Origin: Lingula anatina
Taxonomy: Eukaryota > Animalia > Brachiopoda
Direction of reading: 5' to 3'
NCBI GenBank assembly: GCA_051362555.1
Contig: CM120640.1
Coordinates: forward strand, 17,980,001 to 18,044,000
DNA length: 64,000 nt
Under the pieces are notes generated by a model that ran no database searches, was not told the DNA's origin, and worked only from the letters and a program-made list of their open reading frames with translations. Position 1 is the stretch's first letter. Each line of letters starts with the position of its first letter. The position numbers and the translations under genes were made by a program. Shown here one piece after another: positions 1 to 13,238 of the stretch.

Positions 1-407
1 CATGATTTTTGTCCAAATTTTAAAGAGTCCAAGCACATAATGCATAGTGTACTTTCTATGAAATCAATATGGTTGGCTAGAAAATTGAAACTACAAAAAT
101 GTTGATGTTGCTTGCAACATTTTGCAAAAAAGAAAAGGAGTTCACTGTCTGCTACTTTTGTTTAGGAAGAATAACAGCAGAAAAATTAAAGAAGAAAAGA
201 ATGGGAGGGAGGGTATGGAAGTGTGTGGCATTTTGGAGGTGTTGTATTGCTGAAAGAAACTGATAAATGAAAATTTCTCAAGTGGAACTTGCAGGTGGTA
301 TTTTTGTGAGCAATCAAGGAAAATGAGGATATTTTACTTGCAGTTGAATTCCTGACTTGGAAGTTGAACAATTCATGCTATTATATTATGTTGTTTTTAC
401 CTGACAG

Positions 408-3400
408 GTTCTCAAGGTGAAGCAAGTGGATCAAATGCCATAGTGAGGTACTTTAGGTCAATTAAGTGGACGCCCTTACCCCTGAGTGTGGGGTTTGCAC
501 TGATTGCAGCTCTTGGGTACAAGCATGCTTCAAGGCGGACAAAAAAGGAGATACAAGCTGAAAACTCTTTGAAAGCTCAAGAATGGCAGGTAGGAACTTT
601 AAGGTTAGAGGTTATAAAAGAGGATTGGGGTGAATTTTTTTTTTTTTTTTTGGGGGGGGGGGGGGGTGACATTTTACTCAAATGTAGAAGCCTGAGTAAC
701 TACTTTGGAGAGAAATATCATGTATGGAGGCTGAAGGTATGACTTTGATCTGTTTGCATTGGCATTGTTTAAACAGTGAAGGTTTAGGGTGCAAAATGGA
801 AGAGTGTACCTTTAGTTTTTAGACATGTCTAGTGCCATTGTTAGTTAAAAACTCATAAATTTAGGTATGGTGAAGCTAATTCTAGCAAGGTGTTTGAGAT
901 TCAGGTAATAGAATAAATAATTAGTCATTCTTGATATATTTTTTTATATGACAGTATGGAATGGTCAGTCAGTCTTGATATTATGAGGATGGGTTTGGTG
1001 ATCTTGTATACCTTGTATACCATGGCATAATTCAAGAATTAATAAACAAGGTCTGGGCAAATAGTGCCATTGAATTCACAGGAATGACTGATATACTAAG
1101 TAAATCCAACAATTTAATAACTGAATCCATAAACAAGTCATAATGTTACATTTGAATACACCTTATCTATGATAATATGTTAATTGGTTTAAATGACATG
1201 GATAGACCATGATTATTACTGTGCATTTTAATTTTAACTTTGTTAAATCAGTCAAAAGGTAAAACAAGGTAATAGGTCATTTTTAAGCAGAATGCTTATT
1301 TGATGTTGAGGAAAACATATTTCATTATTAAAGATGTATTAGTTTAAAAAGAAAAGAAAATATGTTTAAGACAAGGTTTATGTGTATTATAGTGGTGATT
1401 TCATGGCCAAACTTCATTTTAGAAACTTTCACATTTTAAGTCAAATTAAAACAACATTTGGTAAAGTTTGTTCAGATGTCTCCATTATAATGAAATAACA
1501 TGAATCTGTTAATGCATTTTATTCATTGGAAAGAACTGTAACCAAGTTTTAAAGGATGTTTTCAGATTTAAAAGGATTGAATAACTTTATTAACAACTTC
1601 ATCTCCAAGTTAAAGTTTAAAGCAGTCTGAGTTTAATTATGTAAAAGGTCTCTAGTAATATGCCTCAATTCTGTTAATTGGCTTCAATATCTCTGACTTG
1701 TTTTAGGATTCACTGTAATGTATTTTTTGTGTATGAGTATATAAGAAGAAGAACACTGTATTAGAGATCAGAGATTGGAGATCAGAGCTCGGAGTTAGTT
1801 TGGTCAGTTGAACTGATAGCTGGATTGTCCATGCTGTCTTAGGAGACTCCAGATCTCTCAGCCAGAGTAATAAACATAAAGATCAGGCAGTTAATAGTGC
1901 ATCTGTGGAAAACATATCATATCTGTTGTGTTACCTGCTGGAGAGTTAACCTAGACCAAGTAGTCCCCTGTAATAGTTAAGTCAAACCCATGCGTGATAT
2001 GGGAACAAGAAGTTGTATCCATCATGATCTTTTGTTGTATTAAAAGGTAGACAACAATACTTGAATGAAATATGTGCTTGTACATATATATTATTATAAC
2101 TAGTATTTCTGCATAGTGTGGCCCACTTTGTAAAATATAAATGTTTAAAAATTGCATATTTCCCACTAAAGAGCTGGCCTAAATATATTTCACATGTTTA
2201 TGAAGTGAATTCTTCTTTATCCCTCTAACTGAATTTATCTTCTCCGTGGTAAAATTCCATATACTGAACCTGGCAATATTTTGACTATATATAGCTATTT
2301 AGGTTATTTCCAACTTATCTTTGAAAGCAAGTTGATACCAATTTAACAATCACTTTTGCTGTTTTTGTATTTGTTTTTGCAGCAGTTGGATTTAAGATTT
2401 CTCAGTTAAGTGATGCACTCAATCTTGGCATTTTTGTTTATGGTTTTTTACTTTTGAATTTCTGAAATTCTTTTATATAGCCATTATATGTTCAGGGGCG
2501 GATCCAGAGATATTTTCTGACAGTCTTCCATATTATATTTGTTGATCCATCCTCCATTTTTTGACCGTCTTCCGACAGAAAAAATTAGACACCCGTCAAT
2601 GTAAACTTGAAAATCTGACCGTCTTCCGGAAGACCCAGAAGACGGCCTAAATCCGCCCCTGATGTTAGCCTTGAATCAATTACAAGTATGTAAGTTATGT
2701 CAGCAACTGATTCTCATAATGCTACCATAATTAATTTATTTCAAATTTGCTATAGTCAAAATTGTTATGAAATGATGAAAACATATTAGACAACATGAAA
2801 TCTATTTAATTTGATTTGAAGTTATCGCTTAAAAAGCTTATATAATGTTTACTGTATGTATATGATGAATCAGTGTTCAAAATGCCATGCTGAATGAATA
2901 ATGTGTGGAACATTTTCATGGGAGAGCGATTTCTTTCAATATATAACAGTTGTAAGAAGTGCCAGTATTAGAATATAGCACAGAATTTTTAATGTAGTAT
3001 ATATTAAGGGACACATTTCTATTTCAAGATGCCACCTTTCTTATGCTCTCCATTCATTTTCATTGATGGTAAAAACAGGTTTAATATATATATTACCTCA
3101 CACCTCTGATGCAGCATGAAACCAGCCCATTTAAATGTCAGGTAACATTTCAGTCTCCACGTGGAAGATACTATTTTCACTCAGTGAAAGGTTTGATTGT
3201 TTACTCCTTTAATCTGAACACAACAAAACAACTGTTTAGTACTTGAGCAAACTGATTCCTATTCTAAAGATAAAACAGCCGACTCAAGGGAGGATCTCAG
3301 CACCCCCTATCATGATGGTGGAAAATTCCATCCCCAAGGCCTGATATTTTACCCCATGGTCATATGCTGGTAAAAGTTGATAAGTAACTTAAAATTTGCA

Positions 3401-5920
3401 TAGCAACATGATAATTATATTCTTAATGTTAAACTTTGAGTATTTTGACAAGCTTCTTTTCTCAGGAATTAACTGCAAATTAACTGGTGTATTTTTATTG
3501 ATTAACCATTTGTATTTTACTTGCTGTATGCAAAGTTAAATGAATTTCCCAAAGAAGTGAATTATTACTGGTGAGTGCCCCAGACCTGAACTTCCTGTCT
3601 TTGCTCCCCCATAAATTTTGAACATTCCTTGGCCAAGAATCTGATGATCCTGGAACAACCAATAGAGTGGAGCAGCCTGTACATAATTAATGTATGCTGA
3701 TTTGAACATGCAGCCATTACCTCCACTCCATTGCCTAACACCTAACTTAATCAATGAAATATAAATAGGATATTCATTGCACAATCTAAAGATCATCAAT
3801 AGTAATGATCAATTTTTTTGGTTGTAATTTGAGAACGAATGTGGATGAAAAGAACTAGGAAGATTGACTTTTTATTGATTTTTCCATCTGTTTCTCCCTG
3901 AGAGGGGTTGGCCAGCACTGATCCCTTTTACTTCTGTAGAGCTGCACTGTTTTCATGTGTATCAGCTGCCCAAGATTCCAAAGTTTAGCAGGACTCAATC
4001 AACCAAGTCAAAAGGACCCTGGCTATCTTACATGCATATGCATCAGTGTGACAAGAATCTACGCGCTGTCATATAAACTGAGGCGAGCTTTCCTGGCGGT
4101 CACTTTCTCCGCTTTCAGTCAAGGGGTGTGGTGAGCCAGTGGCGAGTCTGTAATGCTGAGTGCCTTGCTGCAGTGAACAATATAACCATGCCTACCAGTG
4201 CCATAACCATGCTTCCCCTGGCATCCACGTGGTCAGGGGACTGGCTCTATGTTGTGACTATCTTGGCACTGCTGCATTATTATCGGGACACATTCAGGGA
4301 CAACAACATGCAGTGGAACAAGGCACTGAAATACCTTCACTCTCAGTCACTGAAGCGGCTACAGAGAAGACTTCCCAACAGACTTCAGAGGAAGCACTGC
4401 CACCGTCACCATCATCAACATCACCACAACCACAGAGTCCCCGGGGCCAAAGAATTGCAGCACTTACAGAAAACTTGGCATCACAAGCTAGCACACCCTC
4501 ACACCAGAGGGAAGAAAAAGGAACAGCTCAGACGTCTAAATAGAGGGGTAATTAGTCCATAGGGGCATGGATATTATACCTATAGTTTACTGAAATAAGC
4601 AAACATCATAGGTTTGGGGTGGGGGTGATAGAATTGCATGGTTGTGTTAATATAATTTAAATGTGGTGAAATATTTTCAGTCATGATGAAGTCGAAAGAA
4701 TCACACATCATTCACATTAACTCTTTGGAATTAGTATGTGTTATTTAAATAGCATTGTAACTGATACAAATACTAGTTATGATATTTTAGGTTTTAGGGA
4801 AATGGATAAGTTACTTTATTTCTAATTAGAAAAAATGCTGTATTACAAACATCCTTTATAAATGGACTTTGATCTGCAATGTACAGTGTATTTAACAGTA
4901 CAAGTCTTATGAGTGAGTCATCTCTGGTTAAATATAGAAATGCTCATGCTCTAACATATTAGAGGTAGAGTGCATGGTGCATCCTGTATTGCATAGTGCA
5001 GAACTGCAGATAGTAAAATAAGTAGGCAACATTGATCCTATCAAATCCTTTTGGGAGCACAGGATCAATGATGGAGTATTTTTGTGGTAAAGAAAATGAT
5101 GTTCTGATGAAAAATGTAGTCCTGTCACATTTTAGTTGAAAGGGAGGGATGTGACTTTCAGACATTTTCCAAAATGTTTTTATCTATAATTCATGCGTGT
5201 TTTTCTAAATTTAAAACAGTTAATTCTCTGATTAATATTTGAGCAATATTATCTTTTACATTTATTCAAAAGAAAATTAGATCACAAGAGACCAGACAGA
5301 CACTATGATTAAGCAATGTAATTAGCTTGTAAGACCTTCTTTATTGATTATTGATCATTTCATTGCAGAAGACACTTATATGTTTTCAATATAAAGGCAT
5401 TAAAAACACTGAAACATTTTGATATATTGTAATACAAATCTCTTTTGAAATGATAAGAACCAAAAGTGGATTTATAAAGGTAAAAAATGGAGTTAAAAAG
5501 AGTGAGACTATATGTCTTTAATATTGAGTTCTCTTCAATTCTCTTGTCTTGACATGCACCTTACCCTGTGCTCTCTGAGGACATTAACTTATTAATAAGA
5601 TAATTTTGAAGAAACGAAGATAACTGTGACATAGCAGATATGGAAATTGGTCCTTCTAGTACCAGTTACTTCTTTTCCAAGATGATATTATACAATGAAA
5701 TGCCGGGGAAGAGATTTGTCATGCTGCCTATTAGTTGTTGCTAAGAAAGCAAATCCACAAATTAATTTTCTTTGTCATGAAATTTTGCCATGCAATAATA
5801 TAAGGCAAAATCTTTTGTATTCTATTCAGGGATGTCAGCTCTCAACATTTAACATAATCTGCATATTTGTGACTATTGTTTCTCTTAGTTTTTTAGGTGG
5901 ATGTCCACTGTTACTCACAA

Positions 5921-5953
<33 letters not shown>

Positions 5954-8900
5954 TAGATTTGGACACTTAAGCACTTAAATATTTGCAACCTTGACAATTA
6001 AATAAAACTTTTTGTCTCTTTCACCAGGTAAACCTTTACCGTAAGATGCCACTGAAGTTTGTCTCTCGCCTTTGGGGTAAAGTGAACAGCTTTGACCTCC
6101 CAGTTTTCATGAGGACCCCAATGTACAAATTCTACTCCTGGTCATTTAACTGCAATCTAGAGGAGGCAGCTATACAGGACCTGAAGCACTACAAAAACTT
6201 GAGCGAGTTCTTCAGGCGCAAACTCAAACCAGAAGTGCGACCAATAGATCAGTCTCATAGTATAGTGAGTGACACTTGTAACCTATCTTCTTTGCTCCTC
6301 ATGGGACATAAGTCTAGTGAAAAATAGATAATGCTAGAACAGATTTTTTTAAAGTAAGAAAATTGTATAAATTTTAAGAAAATGCATATTCTAAAAACTC
6401 AAAATTTGTAATATTTTATTTTCTGTCAGTTCCAAGATTATTGTTCTCTTATTTTCTTGCTTGAACGAATATGAGTACACATACAAAGTCAAGTATTTTT
6501 GAACAAAAACATCACAAATAAATGGCTTCTTTTTGTAGAATGAATGATTGAGTATTCTTCTTTGATCATTTCAGACAAGTCCAGCAGATGGAAGAATTCT
6601 TCATTTTGGCAAAGTAGAAAATAGTATAGTAGAGCAGGTGAAGGGGGTCACATACTCCCTGCAGGGGTTCCTTGGACCACCCACCTGGATGACATCGCAG
6701 GGAACAGAGACAGCAGAATCGTCCCCTCACACCAACAATCCTACTATATCAGATGTGGAGTATCATAAGAAGCTGCTGAAGAACCCAGAGAATGAACTGT
6801 ATCATTGTATCATCTACCTGGCCCCAGGCGATTACCACAGGTTCCACTCACCTGCTAGCTGGTGTGTCAGATATAGGAGACATTTCCCAGGTAGGCTGCC
6901 ACACCCAACACACTGCCAGATCCAATATTATCACACCTATCACACCACCCCTATGCCACCTATCTCCTAAAGTACACACACCACTCCTACTGCCATCTAT
7001 CTCCTAAAGCACACTGGCATATCTTACATAATGTGTGGCAAATGTCATTTGAAAAATGTAACAGGCTTCAAAAGTTATCTATAATGTTAAGTTAATCCAA
7101 GATGTATCTGTAGTGGTGAATATATGTAACAAAATTAAAAGAAAGGATTTAAGTTGGCAATGACATTTCTAAACATTGTAAAACACTGTTTATGGTATTA
7201 GAGTTGACCAAAATGTTTTGTTTAGTGTGTCACATACCAACAGAGAATTCAGCCAAATCTTTAATTATGTTTAAAATGAGAAAGTTTCACAAAGTCCATT
7301 GTAAATCTGCTTTGTCCAGTTTTTGGGATTGCCCCCTTTTTTATACGAAAGCAGAAACTAATTTAGAAGTGCTTTCTTAAAAAACGTTGTTAACCACAAA
7401 ACGCCACCTCTTGCCACATTATCCACAGAGAACCAATATTTTCAAGTTGATTTTACCAAATTAAAGATAATAAAGCAGAAACTAATTTTGAAGTGCTTTC
7501 TGTAAAAATGTTGTTAACCACAAAACGTCACCTCTTGCCACATTACCCATAGATAACCAATATTTTCAAGTTAATTTTTCCAAATAAATGATAATAAATT
7601 ATACAATGAAGGGAGTGCCTCCCTTCCCCCCCCCCCCAAAAAAAAAAAAAAAAAAAAAAAAAAAATTAGGAAAAATTAATAATAATGATAATTTGTGCAT
7701 GCACAAATATTTGAAGCCTTTGCTGCCTAACTAGTATTCCAGAAGCAACAAAAATGTTTACTAGTTTTCTCTCTTTCCTTTCACATCAAAGTGTTTGTGC
7801 CAAAATTTTTTGTACAAAACATTTTCATAGTCCAAAATCTATCATTTGAAAATATTTCATGGCTATACTTGCTCTGAAAGAAATTGTTCAGTTAAACACT
7901 CCATGTTATGACTTCAGAACGCAAATGAAAAAAAAAAAAAAAAACACTCATGATTTGTCTTCAGAAAAAAAGTTTTATCATGTTGTAGCCAGGATTTCAT
8001 GTTTTATTACATAGAAAATTTTACGTCAGTTAAGCTTTTGTGCAATATTTTAGTCCAAGATTCATAATGAGGATTGGGGCCTTGGTAATAAGCATGGCTG
8101 ATAATAATCGAAATCAAAATTTGCACTTAGAAGGATAACTTTCTCTGTCTCCACATAACCTGGTGAGCACATGGGGTACTCAACCAACATTTACATATGT
8201 TGTTTAACTTTGAACCCTTGTATAAGTCATAATCGATAGTGTTTGTCAATTTAATCTTTTCAAGATATATTATCTAGAGCTTGTGTTGACATTTTGAGTA
8301 TATATACACATAGATATACCTACACTTATACAAGTGATACAAAGGAAAGTTTGACAGACATGCTCTTCTTTCCTCCACGTGCCCAGGCAGTGATGGCATT
8401 GGAGTTGAAAGGAAACTTTCACAACTTATATTTATAAATCAGCTATTGGGGTTTGGGGTTTCAAGAAGTTATGCACCTCCCCCATTTTTATGTACATATA
8501 TTAGCTTCTTGCCACCAAACATTATACCCTAGATTAGTATTTTTCACTCTCTATCCAACTTCTCAAGTTTTCTGTTTTCATTGTTTTTCTTTGTGAACAT
8601 TGAAAAGAGTTTTTATCCAAGATTTAAATTGTCAACTGGATAACATGGTTCCATCCATCATTATTTGTTGGCAGTGCAATGATGGAGGAGTTGCAGAGAA
8701 AAGCTGAATACAGTATTTGATTAAATAAAACATTTGAGTGAGAGAACATTGTGTGCATCTTTTGCAAGGAACTGCTCTTTCTTAGATTTATTGATTGTAT
8801 TCATTTCAGATTTTTTGACAGAACTCCAATTGAAAACTTGGTTTCCGATCAACCTTTTATACATCAGTCTTTTGCTTGGATTTTAAAAAAGAATTTTTGT

Positions 8901-9655
8901 TTCTATTTCTCAATCTTTATATTCTTGTTTGTAGGAGAGCTGTTAAGTGTCAACCCAGGAGTGGCCCGCTGGATTCAGGGACTCTTCAACTTCAATGAGC
9001 GGGCAGTGTACTATGGAGACTGGGAGAATGGGTTCTTTTCCCTAACAGCTGTAGGGGCCACCAATGTTGGTTCCATACACATCAACTTTGACAGGGTATG
9101 GATGTATTTTTTTTCCAAATTAGTTAATTGTCGAAGGAAGAAATATGAAATTACTATGTGTTTTGAGATTGGTCATGCTGTCTTGGGTCATATTGCTGAA
9201 AATATCCAGTATTATAGGGAGAAATTTTTGTTGTTGTAATTTCACACATGATAAGATATACTATATTTGGAAAAAATTATACATATAGTGACAAGGAGTA
9301 CTTCCTTTTGCATACATGATAAAATGAGTTTGTTGCCATGCACATAAATGATAGGAAGTATTAAAAGATTTGTATAATGTAGATTCTTAAATTGTATCTG
9401 CAGGACCTAGCAACAAACTGTGGCTGCCAGTGGCCAGAGGGAACATACTTTGACAAAGCCTTTGAAACTGGAATTGACGTCAGAAAGGGAGAGAACTTTG
9501 GAGAATTCAACCTGGGGTCAACAATCGTGCTGATATTTGAAGCCCCTAAGAACTTTAATTTCAAGATTCAGGGTGGACAAAAGATCCGTTTTGGGCAGCC
9601 AATGGGCTGTTACAGGACTTCTTCTGAGAATACAACAGAGTCAGAAAATCTGTAG
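408..9655 (+). CDS. PISD: Phosphatidylserine decarboxylase proenzyme, mitochondrial-type isoform; 5' end lies upstream of the window
   Basis: GT-AG exons in continuous phase: 408-589 (hydrophobic [18 protein letters not shown]), 6028-6264 ([17 protein letters not shown]...[12 protein letters not shown]), 6575-6890 ([11 protein letters not shown]...[10 protein letters not shown]...[13 protein letters not shown]), 8935-9095 (ELLSVNP...VGATNVGSI), 9404-9655 ([20 protein letters not shown] autocleavage/pyruvoyl motif; TAG stop). Exon 408 starts at an acceptor with no ATG. Confidence 0.96.
2493..2661. mobile_element. Non-autonomous DNA transposon (MITE), CAG...CTG termini, 5-bp TSD (hAT5-like)
   Basis: TIRs CAGGGGCGGAT / ATCCGCCCCTG; ATGTT on both sides (2488-2492, 2662-2666); second copy at 31998-32154. 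Confidence 0.8.
4060..4125 (+). promoter_or_regulatory. Candidate internal TATA + Inr promoter for the alternative PISD exon
   Basis: TATAAA at 4072-4077; Inr-like TCACTTT at 4100-4106 with its A at 4102, 30 nt from the TATA start; local CpG cluster (acgcgc, ggcgag, ggcggt, ccgc) in a CpG-poor intron. Confidence 0.55.
4188..4547 (+). CDS. PISD: Probable alternative first coding exon of PISD (120 codons; hydrophobic segment then basic, His-rich region)
   Basis: ATG at 4188, open frame to donor GGG|GTAATT at 4548 in phase 0, matching the phase-0 acceptor at 6028 (...LRRLNRG|VNLYRKMP). GC-richer than flanking intron and preceded by TATA/Inr. Same position as the alternative N-terminal exon of vertebrate PISD. 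Confidence 0.65.
5922..5951. repeat. (CA)n microsatellite
   Basis: Direct reading. Confidence 0.95.
7348..7598. repeat. Tandem duplication, two units of about 124 bp
   Basis: aaagcagaaactaattt...gaagtgctttc...gttgttaaccacaaaacg...cctcttgccacatta starts at 7348 and again at 7472. Confidence 0.9.
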
Positions 9656-10569
9656 TTCTTTTTCTAACTGAAAGCATTGTTTGTGTCTGTGTACGTTCAT
9701 TCATGAAGTGCACCCTCATTGTCAAGTAAAGTTCATTCTGTAAAGATGGGGTGATGGGAAAGCTTTCGGCTAGCTATAATAGGATGATAGGGGTTAGACT
9801 GTTGCCTTACAGAGATGCAATGGTCAGTCAGTGTTAAATGACCTAGCTGGTAAAGAATTGTTGAACTTGTCAGTCATGCAGACTTATTGGTGTAATGTTG
9901 GAAAGATTTGTTTACTTGATTGGAAAAACACTACAGAGGGCATGAGTAAATAATTCTCAAACAATTGTCAGTGGAATTATGGTCCTAAATTAGTCAGATT
10001 AAACTGATATCATAGTGGAAAGATTTGTTGCAAGATAGACTGGACTTCTGCTGACAATTTGATTAATATTTAAGATCATCGCCAATTGATGCAGCAATGA
10101 TAAACAAAGACCAAGCATATTCCAGCTTAGGCACTTATTGTTGGGTTTTTTAAAGTCTTCCTTTAATAGCTCACTGCAGCTGGATCAATCAAACAAGTTA
10201 TCAGTTATGTTTCTGCATATGATTAATGATTACAACTGGGAACTACTACACTAAATAAAGTTGCAAGACACTTGTTTAACACAAAAAATGTATACATGTT
10301 GAGTTTAGTGTGTCAAAACATCAGGCTTGGCCAAAGTAATTTTCTCTATGTGTTTGTGTAAATATAATGAACCTTTTTTACTTGAAAAAATAAATTCTTG
10401 AAAGTGATCAGTTTCTTCGTTTTTTAATTAATACAAAATGTGATACAATTTTGTGTGTACATGTAGCATTAAGTTAAAGATAATCCTTGTTTTCTGTGAA
10501 ATACTAATTGTAATATTTACTGAAAAGAATTGGGTATGCTTCCAGTTTGCCTGAATTGTGTGATTGGCT

Positions 10570-11440
10570 GCCCGTTGCTATGCGAATGTGTGCTATTAAT
10601 GTATATATTGGCTAATTGTGCTCCACATAATGCACAATGTATGCACACGTACCGATTAGAGTACGTTGGATGTGTTCAATAATTTTAATACTATTATGAT
10701 ATTTGCATATATTAAACGACTTTAATTAAAATATTTCTAAAGAGAGAAAAAGAAAAAAAAAAGATTTATCTGAAAGGAGGTGCATTATGTGTAGTTTACT
10801 GAACAGAATAACAAAATTATAACCACAATCAACTTCGAAGTAAAACGCTTGCCTACATGGATGACACACCAAAATCAGTGTCGCTTACATCTTTTCACTA
10901 TGATATTTATTGTTTGTCAATAATTCGGTATGAAATTTAGATAATTAATAATTTTATACCATGTGTAAGAAGCTTAGTGTTCACTATGATCATTTAGTTT
11001 TATTCAATCCAAAACTTGAACGCTATTAGAAAGGCCTAAGCGACTTTAATACACTGCAGAAAATGAAGTACAGACGACCAAAGCGGATGTTTTAATCAAC
11101 ACTGATCAAATTAGTATTTATCTTGTAAGTAATTCTTTTTTGACGTTGAAAACTTAAAACTTTGGTAGATGTCACATTCTTAAGCCTCTTTTGGTAGGTA
11201 AATTGCCGTGGTACGTATAGATTTTCACATGATTGTAAATTTCAGGAGCTTGTATCTCATAATACATACATGTACATATATTCGTAATCGCACTGTACTG
11301 GTAACCTACTGCAGTTGGGAAGACTTGAGTTCTATACAACGTGGATTAAAGACAGGGTATGCTTTGAAGGTATATCAAGAGCCCCTACTTCTTCATGAAA
11401 CATGTACTTATTTCATTGTATTTTGTTCAGTGTTAAGCGT
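10570..11440 (+). promoter_or_regulatory. CpG-enriched intergenic region; probable rdgB promoter and non-coding first exon
   Basis: CpG density rises just after PISD polyA-like signals (AATAAA near 10254 and 10389); ETS-like GCGGATGT at 11083; donor GTAAGT at 11125. Confidence 0.5.
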
Positions 11441-12398
11441 CTGCAATGACAGCTTATATTGTATGCAATTTTTATAAATACAATTGGATTTGCAGCACAA
11501 ACTTGAAAACTGATGCTCTAGCATTCCTTTTTACATTTAATGTTACAAGAAAATGTAAAATAGGGGTGTTAACACATGGATTTATTTGCTATTGCAGCAC
11601 CAAACAGTAGCACTCTTTCTTACAGTTTTATATATATATTCACTGCTGGATTAAATATAAATGAAATATGGATCCTAAGGTACTAATATATAGTGATTTT
11701 ATTAATGGGACATGTTTAACCATGCTCTCCAAATTCATATGTCTTATACTGTTGAAAAGCCAATACTTCATCAACAGAGTAAGATTGAGAATACATTACT
11801 AGTAATTCATCTTTTAAAGATGCCTAAAACAAAACCCACTGGCTGCTGAAGACTACATTTTCCCCATTATTTCATTTTTAATAAAAATTGGCAAGAACTG
11901 ACGTGTATGATGCCTCACCCTTGATAACCTTGATAAAAAGTAAAAATAAGATTGAACAACAGTCAAAATTACATATAATCTTTATGGGTATAAATTTAAA
12001 TTATTGAGAAAGGCAACAAATTATTGTCATTTCTTATGTGTGAGCCATGTAGCCATGAAAATTGGAGACTTCAATAGATAGTTGATGTTGTGTTGGCATT
12101 TAAGATAACGTGAATGAATTATTGTAAAGTATGATAAATCTAATAGAATTCTACAATATGGTTTTATCTAGCACAAAAATCCATGCATCCTTTTACATCT
12201 TTTGATGTGTATTACCTGCTAAAACATGAGAGATATAGGTATTGACAACTGTAAAATGATTAATAGTAGGTCTTTTTTATAAAGCACTGCGGGACTGGGA
12301 CTTGCAAGTTTCATATTATCTGTGTGTTAAACTGCAATTTTTGCACTTGGGTATTAACGTCATACCATAAGTTTTTGTTCCAGCTGAAAGTAATCTTA

Positions 12399-12617
12399 GA
12401 CCCCATTTCCATAGATTTTAGATTGATCTATCCCTGTGGGGAGTCTCACTAGATTACTGTCAGCTTAGCCGGCTTAAGCGTCTGTCCTGCCTACTAAATG
12501 CTGTAAGGGGGTAATTAACTATGGTGCGTGCTCTGCTGACTGCAATTTAGCGTGAATCCCCAGGGAGTTAGGTTGATCTAAATCTCTGGATCGATCTAAA
12601 TCTCTGGGAATGCACCC
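12399..12617. mobile_element. PIF/Harbinger-like MITE
   Basis: Imperfect TIRs (gaccccatttccatagattttagattgatc vs gatcgatctaaatctctgggaatgcaccc); TTA on both sides (12396-98, 12618-20). Confidence 0.7.
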
Positions 12618-12956
12618 TTATTTTTTCAGATGCCTTTGTAACCTTCAACTAGCTCTGAACTTTACGTCTGACTGGACCAAAGTTCAATAACCTCTAGCAT
12701 CTCACAGGTTTTTCCAAATATGAAGATAAGTTTACAAAGAAATCCCCACCTTCCCTGTATGAAAACACGCAAACGCGTGTGTGCATTTGTGCGTACACAC
12801 ATACTCATTCCCAGGATTCTCATTCTGAATGGCCCCATATAGTGCTTATGAAAAGAAAAAAACTGGATTCTTACGACAAATATTGTACTATACCATGTTC
12901 AGGTATTACTACTATTAGGTGGAGAATAAGTGAAATGCAGCTGACAAAGGGTCATA

Positions 12957-13238
12957 GGTTGCATTCACAAAAGATGATCCTTGGATCTACTGGTCTGTGG
13001 ATCAGATATGGCAGACCCTATATATGAAAGCAAGGCCGCCTAATCCCTTAATGGTCTCCCTGCCTCCACACGCTCCTTCCCTTGACAAGCCTAGCAATTA
13101 AACCTTGCAGCCAAAATTTAAATTCGTTTGGAGGCGGGGAGACCATTAAAAGATTAGGCGGTCTTGCCTTCATTAACGGTCCACCATATTTGATCCGTGG
13201 ACCAGTAAATCTGATGATCATCTGTTTTGAATGCGACC
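12957..13238. mobile_element. Foldback MITE with inverted arms of about 115 bp and 3-bp TSD
   Basis: Left arm ggttgcattcacaaaagatgatc...gccgcctaatcccttaatggtctccctgcctcca pairs with tggaggcggggagaccattaaaagattaggcggtc...gatcatctgttttgaatgcgacc; ATA on both flanks. Confidence 0.8.
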
